DNA of 63,101 bases, filler included, from Octopus bimaculoides (Eukaryota): the NCBI RefSeq assembly GCF_001194135.2. It is 4 parts of 4 records of this genome, joined end to end, with 100 filler letters (N's around TTAATTAATTAA, not from the genome) between each part and the next. Parts side by side here need not be neighbours in the genome. Positions count along the whole stretch, not along the records: positions 1 to 21,272 come from NC_069008.1; positions 21,373 to 35,310 come from NC_068983.1; 2 more parts are not named here. One strand, written 5' to 3'. The position numbers were made by a program, and so were the translations under genes. Below the pieces are notes generated by a model. It saw only the letters and a program-made list of their open reading frames with translations, was not told the origin of the DNA and made no database searches. This document shows positions 13,337 through 24,664 of the stretch, piece after piece. How positions within the stretch are numbered: position 1 is the first letter of the stretch; every line of letters begins with the position of its first letter.

Positions 13337-13909
13337 NNNNNNNNNNNNNNNNNNNNNNNNNNNNNNNNNNNNNNNNNNNNNNNNNNNNNNNNNNNNNNNN
13401 NNNNNNNNNNNNNNNNNNNNNNNNNNNNNNNNNNNNNNNNNNNNNNNNNNNNNNNNNNNNNNNNNNNNNNNNNNNNNNNNNNNNNNNNNNNNNNNNNNNN
13501 NNNNNNNNNNNNNNNNNNNNNNNNNNNNNNNNNNNNNNNNNNNNNNNNNNNNNNNNNNNNNNNNNNNNNNNNNNNNNNNNNNNNNNNNNNNNNNNNNNNN
13601 NNNNNNNNNNNNNNNNNNNNNNNNNNNNNNNNNNNNNNNNNNNNNNNNNNNNNNNNNNNNNNNNNNNNNNNNNNNNNNNNNNNNNNNNNNNNNNNNNNNN
13701 NNNNNNNNNNNNNNNNNNNNNNNNNNNNNNNNNNNNNNNNNNNNNNNNNNNNNNNNNNNNNNNNNNNNNNNNNNNNNNNNNNNNNNNNNNNNNNNNNNNN
13801 NNNNNNNNNNNNNNNNNNNNNNNNNNNNNNNNNNNNNNNNNNNNNNNNNNNNNNNNNNNNNNNNNNNNNNNNNNNNNNNNNNNNNNNNNNNNNNNNNNNN
13901 NNNNNNNNC

Positions 13910-14260
13910 TTGCTTCCCAAATAAGGTATTGGGTTCAGTTCCACTGTGTGGCACCTGGGGCAAATATCTTCAGATATAACCTCGACCCGATCAAAGCTTT
14001 GTGGGCAGACTTGATGGACGGAAACTGAAAGAAGCCCATCGTATGTATGTATGTATGTACGAATATGTGCGTGTGTGTGTGTGTGTTTTGTGCCCCCACT
14101 ACCGCTTGGCAACCGGTGTTGGTTTGTTTACATCTAACTCAAAGTTTCGGCAAAAGAAACCCGACAAAATAAGTTACCGGACAGTTAAAAAGGGATCGAT
14201 TTGTTCGACGAAACCCTTCAAGGCATGGGCACCGTCCAAAGACCAAAACAAATGAAAGAT
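13910..14260 (+). mobile_element. SINE family A
   Basis: GGGTTCAGTTCCACTGTGTGGCACCTGGGGCAA..GGAAACTGAAAGAAGCCC.. Confidence 0.7.
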
Positions 14261-14815
14261 AAAGCACACACAACCGTGGATGTACGATTGGAGGTAGAGC
14301 TTTGGCCATTTTTTAAAAATCAGGCCAGCAACCAAGTGGAGGCCTCCTTCGTTAGCTCACGATGTATGTGGTAGCGGTAATAGTATTACCAACACCACCC
14401 AACCATCACCACCACCACTATCAGTGCCGCCACTGTTAATAACACTACTACTTCTGCCAAACTTCCTGTCCATAAGACGGTCGAGTTATGTAGATCAACA
14501 ACCGCAGATAGAGACACGCACACGTATGTACACATACACGCCTTCAACACACACACACACATATACGCAGTTACAAACAAGCGCATGCAGTCATTACTCT
14601 TCCTCCCACACTCTCACACAGCTATACTCATCCAAACCACCACACACAACAACACACACGCACATACATAAAGATTCTATTATAGCCCGACATATCTCTA
14701 CACTCAATACATAAAACATTCAGGCACACACACGCAGTTAAGACATTCATAACTGCATCTCAAAACTACACACAGCATATATATATATATATATATATAT
14801 ACACATGCACACACT

Positions 14816-14866
<51 letters not shown>

Positions 14867-15057
14867 CTCCCTATTCAAACACATCCACGGCTATTCACTG
14901 TTACAACCATATACATTGTGTGTGTATGTTCACACACACACGCAGATAGATAGATAGATAGATAGATAGTCGAAATTTACAGAAAAACAAAAGACGAAGA
15001 CAGGTGTATAAACAACAAGCAGCTATATTAGTTTGACGTTCGGGAAAGTAAGAAAGT

Positions 15058-15093
15058 CTTTTATGTTTCGAGCCTACGCTCTCCAACAGAAAG
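15058..15093 (-). ncRNA. Decayed hammerhead-like motif
   Basis: CTTT-CTGTTGG-A-GAGC gtag GCTC-GAAA-CA-T-A-AAAG. Helices I and II intact, but the first core box has two substitutions; probably inactive. Confidence 0.3.
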
Positions 15094-15524
15094 AAACACG
15101 AGAAAATAAACAGTGAGTGTGTGTGTGTGTGTGTATACGGTGCTGGGGGAGTAGAAAGATAGGGTATTTCCAATGCAGAACTCAACCAGAGTTCTGGCTA
15201 TCTACACTGTCAGATGCCAGACAAATATTGAAATTCTTCATGTGTAGAAACAAACTACTGACTGGTTCCACGACGATAAAACCATTGTGTGGGTTTAGCG
15301 AAGAGTAATATATAATCCGAAGACGAAGACAGGACTTCAAAACACACACACAAATATGAGTTTTGTATATATACATGGACAGGGTAGGCCAAAAGACACG
15401 CACCAAAAGTAAAACATATTTATATTGCACATACATACGTACACAGCTAAGGTTTAAACAGAATAAATAAATGAATGATAAAAGCAGACGTATATAATGA
15501 CCCAAATTATTATTATTTATAATA

Positions 15525-15735
15525 ATAATGGTTTCAAGTTTTGCTTCAAAGACAGCGATTTGTCGGGAGGGAACTAGTCGATTCCATCGACCCCGGTGTT
15601 TCATTGGTATTTAATTTATCGACTCCGAAAGGATGAAAGGCTAAGTCGACCTCGACGGAATTTGAACTCAGAACGTAGCGGCAGACGAAATACCGCGAAG
15701 CATTTCGCCCGGCATGCTAACGATTCCGCCTTTCA
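15525..15735 (-). mobile_element. SINE family B
   Basis: Family B motifs; adjacent (AAT)n. Confidence 0.8.
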
Positions 15736-15747
15736 CATATAATAATA

Positions 15748-15809
<62 letters not shown>

Positions 15810-16253
15810 NNNNNNNNNNNNNNNNNNNNNNNNNNNNNNNNNNNNNNNNNNNNNNNNNNNNNNNNNNNNNNNNNNNNNNNNNNNNNNNNNNNNNNNNNNN
15901 NNNNNNNNNNNNNNNNNNNNNNNNNNNNNNNNNNNNNNNNNNNNNNNNNNNNNNNNNNNNNNNNNNNNNNNNNNNNNNNNNNNNNNNNNNNNNNNNNNNN
16001 NNNNNNNNNNNNNNNNNNNNNNNNNNNNNNNNNNNNNNNNNNNNNNNNNNNNNNNNNNNNNNNNNNNNNNNNNNNNNNNNNNNNNNNNNNNNNNNNNNNN
16101 NNNNNNNNNNNNNNNNNNNNNNNNNNNNNNNNNNNNNNNNNNNNNNNNNNNNNNNNNNNNNNNNNNNNNNNNNNNNNNNNNNNNNNNNNNNNNNNNNNNN
16201 NNNNNNNNNNNNNNNNNNNNNNNNNNNNNNNNNNNNNNNNNNNNNNNNNNNNN

Positions 16254-16535
16254 TGGAAACATGGGTGTTTTGTTCAACATCCTTAAACAACCCTTATTAA
16301 GGAAACTTTTGAGTGGGATGGGCTACTCGACCTGAAGAAAATTCTAACTGGGCCCCACCTGCGAGGTCATGCGCTGTTTATCTTGATATGAGACCACTAT
16401 GTCGCGCACGTATGGTTGTGATGCATGTGCCTGGTGTACCCTTATCAGACGGGTAGTCATGATGGGTATACTGGGCTTCGTATATTTTACCCCAGGGTCA
16501 CTTTGATGGCATGCCCTGCTCTTTCACTCAATAAT
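16254..16535 (+). mobile_element. Interspersed repeat family E (retroposon 3' end)
   Basis: CTAACTGGGCCCCACCTGCGAGGTCATG..ACCCTTATCAGACGGGTAG; an inverted copy lies at 24132-24420. Confidence 0.65.
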
Positions 16536-18547
16536 AATGGTTTCAAATTTTTCCACAAGGGCAACCATTTTCGAGGAGGGGAATCTGCCGATTACATCGA
16601 CTGCAGCGTTCAACTGGTACTTCATACACACACACACACACACATACACACTTGGATCTAACTCTGCACAAACCATTCACTGTGACACATTCATACAATA
16701 CACACACGCACGCGCAATTAGAATCACTCTACACATCCCAATAACACCCAGAACTACCCTCGACCCCACCCCAACTTATCACACACACACACTCCACAAA
16801 ACAGACCCCTCCCCCATACATACGCACAGCCGCCCCCCATCCCCTTCTCTCTGCCTCCGCCACCGTATTTCATCACACTCGCCCAACCCTGACACATTAA
16901 CCTACCCCGTAAGGCAATCGCTATACCTTATCTGGTCTAAAGTCTAATATAGCACATTCCCAACATATGGATGTATGTGTGTATATACATACATATATAT
17001 ATATACATACATACCTGTAGATAAATGTGTGTGTATATATATATATATATATGTATGTATATGTATGCGTGTTAGTGTGCGCGTGCATTCTTAACAGCTG
17101 TACGTCTCTTATCCCCGAGAAGTTTGCGTGCGCGTATGTATGTACATGTATGGTATGTGTGCATGTATGTATATAAAAATACATACGTTTCTGTATGTAT
17201 GTACGCATGTATATATAATATATATAAATATATATATATAGACACACATATATATATATACATATATATACACATATATAATATACATACACACACATTC
17301 ACATGTATATGTACATACGTATATATGTTTGTGTGCGTGTGTATGTATACATTATCTCTCTCTNNNNNNNNNNNNNNNNNNNNNNNNNNNNNNNNNNNNN
17401 NNNNNNNNNNNNNNNNNNNNNNNNNNNNNNNNNNNNNNNNNNNNNNNNNNNNNNNNNNNNNNNNNNNNNNNNNNNNNNNNNNNNNNNNNNNNNNNNNNNN
17501 NNNNNNNNNNNNNNNNNNNNNNNNNNNNNNNNNNNNNNNNNNNNNNNNNNNNNNNNNNNNNNNNNNNNNNNNNNNNNNNNNNNNNNNNNNNNNNNNNNNN
17601 NNNNNNNNNNNNNNNNNNNNNNNNNNNNNNNNNNNNNNNNNNNNNNNNNNNNNNNNNNNNNNNNNNNNNNNNNNNNNNNNNNNNNNNNNNNNNNNNNNNN
17701 NNNNNNNNNNNNNNNNNNNNNNNNNNNNNNNNNNNNNNNNNNNNNNNNNNNNNNNNNNNNNNNNNNNNNNNNNNNNNNNNNNNNNNNNNNNNNNNNNNNN
17801 NNNNNNNNNNNNNNNNNNNNNNNNNNNNNNNNNNNNNNNNNNNNNNNNNNNNNNNNNNNNNNNNNNNNNNNNNNNNNNNNNNNNNNNNNNNNNNNNNNNN
17901 NNNNNNNNNNNNNNNNNNNNNNNNNNNNNNNNNNNNNNNNNNNNNNNNNNNNNNNNNNNNNNNNNNNNNNNNNNNATATATATATATATATATAATTATG
18001 TGTATTTCTTCTATCTTAATGAATAAAAATTCTTCTGATAGAATAAATGGGTTAATAGAAACCAATGTAGCAAAGAACACAAAATAACTGTGGTTTAGTT
18101 CCTGTTTTTAAGGCAGGAGATAGATATATTATACACACGTGCAGATATACGTATGCATATAAAGACACGCATACAGACGTACACCCATATATACGTGTGC
18201 GTCTTAACCGCAAATTTACACACGCACGCACGCAAAATTCGAATTGTAAAGCCTTTTCGTAGCTGGTGCATAGTTAGTTCCAGAGAGAGCCCAGTGGACG
18301 TACGGATTTCAACAGTAAAACAAGTTTTTCATGCAATTCGCAGTCTTTTTGGTTGTACACTGAGAGGAATAAATCACGTTTCACAACTATTGTAAAATTA
18401 TATATGATCAATGTTGTTCCAGAAACGACCATCCTGTCGTTATATTCTGGATTTTCCGGTCTGTCTTTGTATTGTCTATCTGTCCGTATGTTTTTATTGT
18501 TGTCCGTTACGTTCTTATTCCGTTAATTTTTTTTTGGGATATATATA

Positions 18548-18715
18548 AAGGCGGCGGGCTGGCAGAAACGTTAGCACACCGGGCGAAATGCTTAGCGGTA
18601 TTTCGTCTGCCGCTACGTTCTGAGTTCTGAGGTCGACTTTGCCTGTCATCCTTTCGGGGTCGATTAAATAAGTACCAGTTATGCACTGGGGTAGATGTAA
18701 TCGACTTAATCTCTT
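18548..18715 (+). mobile_element. SINE family B
   Basis: AAGGCGGCGGGCTGGCAGAAACGTTAGCAC.. Confidence 0.8.
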
Positions 18716-18753
18716 TGTCTATNNNNNNNNNNNTATATATATATATATATATA

Positions 18754-18889
18754 TGTAAATAATATGTGACAATTATTCGGTAGCCATGATAAAACTCCGA
18801 GTTTCGGATGTCAGGGCGGAAACACACGCCGCCATCTCTTCAGTTATCTGGCCATATGGCTACGGAATAATTGTCACATATTATTTACA
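18754..18889. repeat. 34-bp inverted repeat enclosing a hammerhead
   Basis: TGTAAATAATATGTGACAATTATTCGGTAGCCAT (18754-18787) versus 18856-18889, one mismatch. Confidence 0.85.
18788..18848 (-). ncRNA. Hammerhead ribozyme motif inside a 34-bp inverted repeat
   Basis: GATAA-CTGAAGA-GATG GCGG..CCGC cctga CATC-C-GAAA-CTCGGAG-T-T-TTATC. Perfect helix I, intact boxes, 3-bp helix III, GUU triplet, one extra C at the base of helix II. Confidence 0.65.
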
Positions 18890-19225
18890 GATAAATTCCT
18901 CTATTTACATAATATCGAGGTCTCTTTCTTTTGTTGTCTTACCTTTTCTATCAATATATATATATATATATATATATAATACAGAATAGGACAAGAACAC
19001 AAAACATCCAGACAGTTAGGTGATACAAGAAAGGGACAAAACATACAGATGGACGATACAAAGAAAACATGGACATGTCATTCGGATCCAGATTATCTTT
19101 GCAATTTCAGCTGGTTACATATATATTGATAGAAAGGGTAAGACAACAAACACACACACACATAACTCCCAATAAACGTGCTGAGTGTTCTTTATTTTGT
19201 TTGTCCACTCATATACATACATACA

Positions 19226-19257
<32 letters not shown>

Positions 19258-19630
19258 CGTTTATTAATTTAAAAAAGTAATAATAATGTGTTTTGAATGT
19301 CACAACAATGCACTATAATAACTGTTGTAATTTAATCATCCATAGTCTAATATAATACTTCGGTATATAAAAATTCATTCTTCAGATATCCCTAGGGATT
19401 GATCGAGTCACTGCTACAATCGATTTTCCAACGGGGTTTTTTTGTTTTTTTTAAATTTTTTTTTTAATGAATTTGTGTTGCAAGATTCCTGATGTTAATC
19501 TTGTGCTGAAACATATTGTAATATTTCGGGATAGTCATTTCGTTTTTTGCTTTTTCTTCTTTTTTATAACTGAATAAGCACTTGCCCTATATTCCCGGTC
19601 TTCACTTCAGCATTATTATTATTATTATTC

Positions 19631-20010
19631 TAGTGGAGACGCAATGGCCTATTGGTTAGGGCAGCGGATTCACGGTCATAGGATCGCGGTTTCGATTCCT
19701 AGACCGAGCGTTGTGAGTGTTTATTGAGCGAAAACACCTAAAGCTCCACGAAGCTCCGGCAGGGGATGGTGGCGAACTCTGCTGTACTCTTTCACCACAA
19801 CTTTCTCTCACACTTACTTCCTGTTTCTGTTGTACCTGTAATTCAAAGGAGTCAGCCTTGTCACACTGAATATCCCCGAGAACTACGTTAAGGGTACATG
19901 TGTGTGTGGAGTGCTCAGTCACTTGCACGTTAATTTCACGAGCAGGCTGTTCCATTGATCGGATCAACTGGAACCCTCGACGTCGTAAACGACGGAGTGC
20001 CAACAACAAT
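19631..20010 (+). mobile_element. tRNA-derived SINE family C
   Basis: Head with A-box TGGCCTATTGG and B-box GGTTTCGATTCC; 3' part GAGAACTACGTTAAGGGTAC..GGATCAACTGGAACCCTCG..CAACAAC tail. Confidence 0.8.
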
Positions 20011-20032
20011 TATTATTATTTTAGTATTTTTT

Positions 20033-20075
20033 GTCTGAAATCTTTCGTCACGCGTTCCGTGACCTCTTCAGCGAC
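20033..20075 (-). ncRNA. Hammerhead-like motif
   Basis: GTCG-CTGAAGA-G-GTCACG gaacg CGTGAC-GAAA-GATTT-CAGAC. Intact boxes and a perfect 6-bp helix II; helices I and III imperfect. Confidence 0.5.
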
Positions 20076-20105
20076 TCTCCATCCCACGTGTCTTCTGGAG
20101 AATCA

Positions 20106-20144
20106 CTGAAGTGGTCGCATGTGTGTGTCGAAAGATGTCCAGAC
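20106..20144 (+). ncRNA. Degenerate hammerhead-like motif, inverted partner of 20033-20075
   Basis: CTGAAGT-GGTCGC..GTGTC-GAAA-GATG-T-C-CAGAC. Aligns with the minus-strand copy (CTGAAGaGGTCaC..GTGaCGAAAGAT..CAGACAA); A9 is mutated. Confidence 0.35.
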
Positions 20145-20282
20145 AATGGACAACAAATAAAAACAGTAGTAAACAACTGAAGAACGAATATATACACAGG
20201 GTATGTGTTAGTTTGAAAAAAGAGATGACCAACCAGAAATATAACAACACACACACACACACACACATATATATATTCTTTT

Positions 20283-20605
20283 ATTATTTTACTTGTTTCA
20301 GTCATTTGACTGCGGCCATGCTGGAGCACCGCCTTAAAGGGTTTTAGTCGAAGAAATCGACCCCGGGACTTATTTATTATTTGTAAGCCTAATACTTATT
20401 CTATTGGTCTTTGGCCGAACCGCTAAGTTAAGGGGATAAACACAAAGACACACATAAACCTATACATATATACAACGGGCTTCTTTCAGTTTCCATTTAC
20501 CGAATTCACTCACAAAGCTTTGGTTAGCCCGAGGCTATAGTAGAAGACACTTGCCCAAGGTGCCATGCAGTGGGACTGAACCCGGAACCATGTGGTTGGT
20601 AAGCA
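20283..20605 (-). mobile_element. SINE family A
   Basis: Family A motifs on the minus strand. Confidence 0.8.
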
Positions 20606-20683
20606 AGCTTCGTACCACAGCCAGACAAACACAAACATTGATAATGCAGGTTTGTATCTGCTTATGTGTCGAAGTTAAAGAGA

Positions 20684-20719
<36 letters not shown>

Positions 20720-21155
20720 CGTAGGTATTTGCGTGTGTGTGTTCCTGTATGTATCTGAACGTGTGTGTGTGTGTGTGTGTATGTCTATATGTGTGCTTAA
20801 ACCGTGTATGTTTAAGAGCTTAATAAGTATAGCTAAACACAGATTAACTTTAACGGGATTTAAGGAGATTAATTCCAGAGAGGCGATAAGTTAGCGGCAG
20901 AAGTACTGTTCATAGTCGCGGTAGTAGTTAGTCTAGACAGACACACAGCCATGTGGATGGATGGACAAATTTGGGAGGGCCAATGTTACATACGCACACA
21001 CACGTTTATCCTATAGATATATATATATATAGATATATATGAAAAAGGAAAACATTAAAAACTTTATAACCCTCCTCCTCCTCCTCCTTTCTCTCGTACT
21101 CCCAACTCACCTACCCCCCTTGCCACATAAAACATACACACTTTCCTCCTTCTCT

Positions 21156-21212
21156 CCCGCCCGCCAGCCCGCCCGCCCGCCATTCCCGCGTAGCCTCAGT
21201 CGCCATGGTGAC
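21156..21212. promoter_or_regulatory. CpG/GC-box patch with X-box-like palindrome
   Basis: (CCCG)n GC boxes at 21156-21181 and GTCGCCATGGTGAC at 21199-21212, in otherwise AT-rich DNA. Confidence 0.3.
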
Positions 21213-21272
21213 AACGACCGAGTAAAAAAATAAAAAGTTTACCTGTCGTGAAGTGAAAAAGTTTATTGGAAC

Positions 21273-21372
21273 NNNNNNNNNNNNNNNNNNNNNNNNNNNN
21301 NNNNNNNNNNNNNNNNTTAATTAATTAANNNNNNNNNNNNNNNNNNNNNNNNNNNNNNNNNNNNNNNNNNNN
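21273..21372. other. Assembly join spacer (N44-TTAATTAATTAA-N44)
   Basis: Exactly 100 bp, with a six-frame stop linker; identical structure at 35311-35410 and 60470-60569. Confidence 0.9.
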
Positions 21373-22347
21373 ATATATATATATACATATATATATATAT
21401 ATTCGTTTACTCATTTATATATATATATTCGTTTACTTGTTTATATATATACATACATAGTTCAAATTTACGGAAAACAACACAAAGACAGGTGAGGGAA
21501 CAACAAGCAGGTGTATTAGTTTGACGCTCGGGAAGAATGGCAAAGTCTTTGAGGTTTTGAGTCTATGCTCTTCGATCGAAAAGATTGAGAGGGAAAAAAA
21601 ATGGAGAGAGAACAGGAAACAAAAAAACCAAAAAACCGCGAGAGAAAAAAATGTGTAGGAATTAAGGTTTCAACACGATGAAATGACCGGCAGAAATAGG
21701 CTGAGTCAAAGGGAGAAAATAACGATGACCCAGCTGAACTAGGGTTATTTAGCCTGAGTGAAACTCTCATATGAACTCGGAGTGCATATAAGCACTCGTG
21801 TTTATATTACTAGCGGAAGATAATCGTCCGCAACCGCTATCAGAACTATCAGGTCATGTAATTCCGGCCTTCTTTGGCCTTGTCAATGGTAGACGTCCGC
21901 AGCTAGAGATAGCAGCGATTTTGCCTGAGCGATATATATTCATGGATTTTCGGCGTCAATTTAGGTTATAAAAAAAATCTATAACCAACCAATGTAAAAA
22001 TACAATAGAAATAAATTTTAATTTTATTTCATTGCATTCATTGTTCTCCTTTCGGCTCTCTCTACATCACCCTCTTTTATTCTCCCATCCATTTTTACTT
22101 CCTCATCTCACTTTCAAATCTTTCTCGTCTTTCGATTCCTTTTTACCCCCTCCTCCCACCACTTTCCTCCTTGCTCTCCTACTGAATGGCCGACTCTCTG
22201 TCTCTCCAGTTCTCATTCTCATCCTCTTTGTTTCTCTCCCTCTCTCACGCAAATCCTCTACACCATTCCCTTCCTCTCTCTTATTTCATCCTCTTCCTTT
22301 CTCTCTCTCTCATTCATTAGCGATGTTATCTTTATTTCCTCTGACAG

Positions 22348-22362
22348 GCGACAAAGTCATTC
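22348..22362 (+). CDS. Putative 15-nt microexon
   Basis: TTTATTTCCTCTGACAG | GCGACAAAGTCATTC | GTAAGTGA, preceded by a ~300-nt pyrimidine-rich tract. Frame-preserving length. Confidence 0.4.
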
Positions 22363-23749
22363 GTAAGTGATCATTATATAATGATCTGGGCCTTTTCTTC
22401 ACCATCCGTCCCATGTCATTTAAGGCTAAGGAAAAGTCCCTTGTCTCTTTTAATCTTACACCCAATAAAACTTATTACACGTAACCAATAAAAAAAAAGT
22501 ATTCCTTTTCATTTAAATCAAATTTTCCTTGTGTTTTTCCTTTATTTATATGTTTATTTTGTGCTTATTTCTCTATGCTTTTTTATTTTATATTTATTTA
22601 AGTTTTTAGTTGATTTCTTTTTTNNNNNNNNNNNNNNNNNNNNNNNNNNNNNNNNNNNNNNNNNNNNNNNNNNNNNNNNNNNNNNNNNNNNNNNNNNNNN
22701 NNNNNNNNNNNNNNNNNNNNNNNNNNNNNNNNNNNNNNNNNNNNNNNNNNNNNNNNNNNNNNNNNNNNNNNNNNNNNNNNNNNNNNNNNNNNNNNNNNNN
22801 NNNNNNNNNNNNNNNNNNNNNNNNNNNNNNNNNNNNNNNNNNNNNNNNNNNNNNNNNNNNNNNNNNNNNNNNNNNNNNNNNNNNNNNNNNNNNNNNNNNN
22901 NNNNNNNNNNNNNNNNNNNNNNNNNNNNNNNNNNNNNNNNNNNNNNNNNNNNNNNNNNNNNNNNNNNNNNNNNNNNNNNNNNNNNNNNNNNNNNNNNNNN
23001 NNNNNNNNNNNNNNNNNNNNNNNNNNNNNNNNNNNNNNNNNNNNNNNNNNNNNNNNNNNNNNNNNNNNNNNNNNNNNNNNNNNNNNNNNNNNNNNNNNNN
23101 NNNNNNNNNNNNNNNNNNNNNNNNNNNNNNNNNNNNNNNNNNNNNNNNNNNNNNNNNNNNNNNNNNNNNNNNNNNNNNNNNNNNNNNNNNNNNNNNNNNN
23201 NNNNNNNNNNNNNNNNNNNNNNNNNNNNNNNNNNNNNNNNNNNNNNNNNNNNNNNNNNNNNNNNNNNNNNNNNNNNNNNNNNNNNNNNNNNNNNNNNNNN
23301 NNNNNNNNNNNNNNNNNNNNNNNNNNNNNNNNNNNNNNNNNNNNNNNNNNNNNNNNNNNNNNNNNNNNNNNNNNNNNNNNNNNNNNNNNNNNNNNNNNNN
23401 NNNNNNNNNNNNNNNNNNNNNNNNNNNNNNNNNNNNNNNNNNNNNNNNNNNNNNNNNNNNNNNNNNNNNNNNNNNNNNNNNNNNNNNNNNNNNNNNNNNN
23501 NNNNNNNNNNNNNNNNNNNNNNNNNNNNNNNNNNNNNNNNNNNNNNNNNNNNNNNNNNNNNNNNNNNNNNNNNNNNNNNNNNNNNNNNNNNNNNNNNNNN
23601 NNNNNNTATATGCATACACACACATCCATCCATCCATACATACATACATACATACAGACACATACATATGTGTATACACACGCACACTGACGCACACCCA
23701 TGCGCACAAACAAACAAACAACGCAGCTCCGATAACGGACAGAGTCAAC

Positions 23750-24130
23750 GACTACGTTCTGAGTTCAAATTCCGCCGAGGTCGACTTTGCCTTTCATCCT
23801 TCCGGGATTGATTAAATAAGTACCAGTTGCGTACTGGGGTCGATCTAATCGATTGGCTCCCTCCACAAAAATTTCAGGCCTTGTGCCTAGAGTAGAAAAG
23901 ATTATTATATATTAAGGCGGCGAGCTGGCAGAAACGTTAGCGCGCCGGGCGAAATGCTTAGCGGAATTTCGTCTGTCTTTACGTTCTGAGTTCAAATTCT
24001 TCCGAAGTCGGCCTTGCCTTTCATCCTTTCGGGGTCGATAAATTAAGTACCAGTGAAACATTGGGATCTATGTAATCGACTAGTCCCCTCCCACCAAATT
24101 CCAGGCTTTGTGCTTATAGTAAAAAGGATT
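23750..24130 (+). mobile_element. Two tandem SINE family B copies
   Basis: One partial copy followed by a full copy. Confidence 0.8.
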
Positions 24131-24131
24131 G

Positions 24132-24420
24132 TCACTGAGTGAGAGAGCAGTGCATGCCATCAAACTGGAGTACTGCTATACGAAGCTCGATATACCCATT
24201 ATTACTACCCGTCTGATAAGGGTACAATAGGTACATGCATCACAGCCATTCGTGCGCGTCATGGGGATCTCATATCAAGATAAACAATCCATGACCTTGC
24301 AGGTGGGGCCCAGTTAGAAGTTTTTCAGATTGAGGAGCCTATCCTGCTCAAAAATGTTCCTGAATAAAGTTTGTCTAAAGATTATGAACGAAAACACCCA
24401 TATTTCTAGAGGTGAATTAT
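24132..24420 (-). mobile_element. Interspersed repeat family E
   Basis: Reverse complement of 16254-16535. Confidence 0.65.
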
Positions 24421-24664
24421 TCAAAACACGAAGAAGTCCTCGCAACACATGATTATGGTGCTCCCCCACTACTCCAGTTTGTTTTGTTATAGGGTCTGGT
24501 TGCAGTCTTTTATTGAATTAGTGCTTGTATTGTGTGTCGTGTGTGTAATGCGAGTTGTGGTCTTTGGTTGGGTATCTAGCCTGTTGGTGGCTGTTTATTT
24601 TATTGGATATTTGCTATATAGAGTGTCTTGTGTGTGTGAGTGGGGTTGTTTTATTTGGGTTGTA

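Noticed and set aside
14324-14714. Open frame with Pro/Thr/Leu-rich peptide after a TCAG acceptor
   Set aside because: Derived from ACC/ACT low-complexity repeats running into CA microsatellite; no recognisable domain.
19631-19705. tRNA gene (also heads at 62575-62640 and 62672-62710)
   Set aside because: A- and B-box-like head continues into a SINE body or is truncated; no complete acceptor stem.
21317-21328. TTAATTAATTAA as a biological palindrome or homeodomain site
   Set aside because: Always embedded in exactly 44 N on each side; assembly linker.
21858-21890. TTGACAA-GGCC..GGCC-GGAA as an active ribozyme (also 18375-18422)
   Set aside because: Three or more core substitutions or deletions; noted only as probable decayed relics and not called as features.
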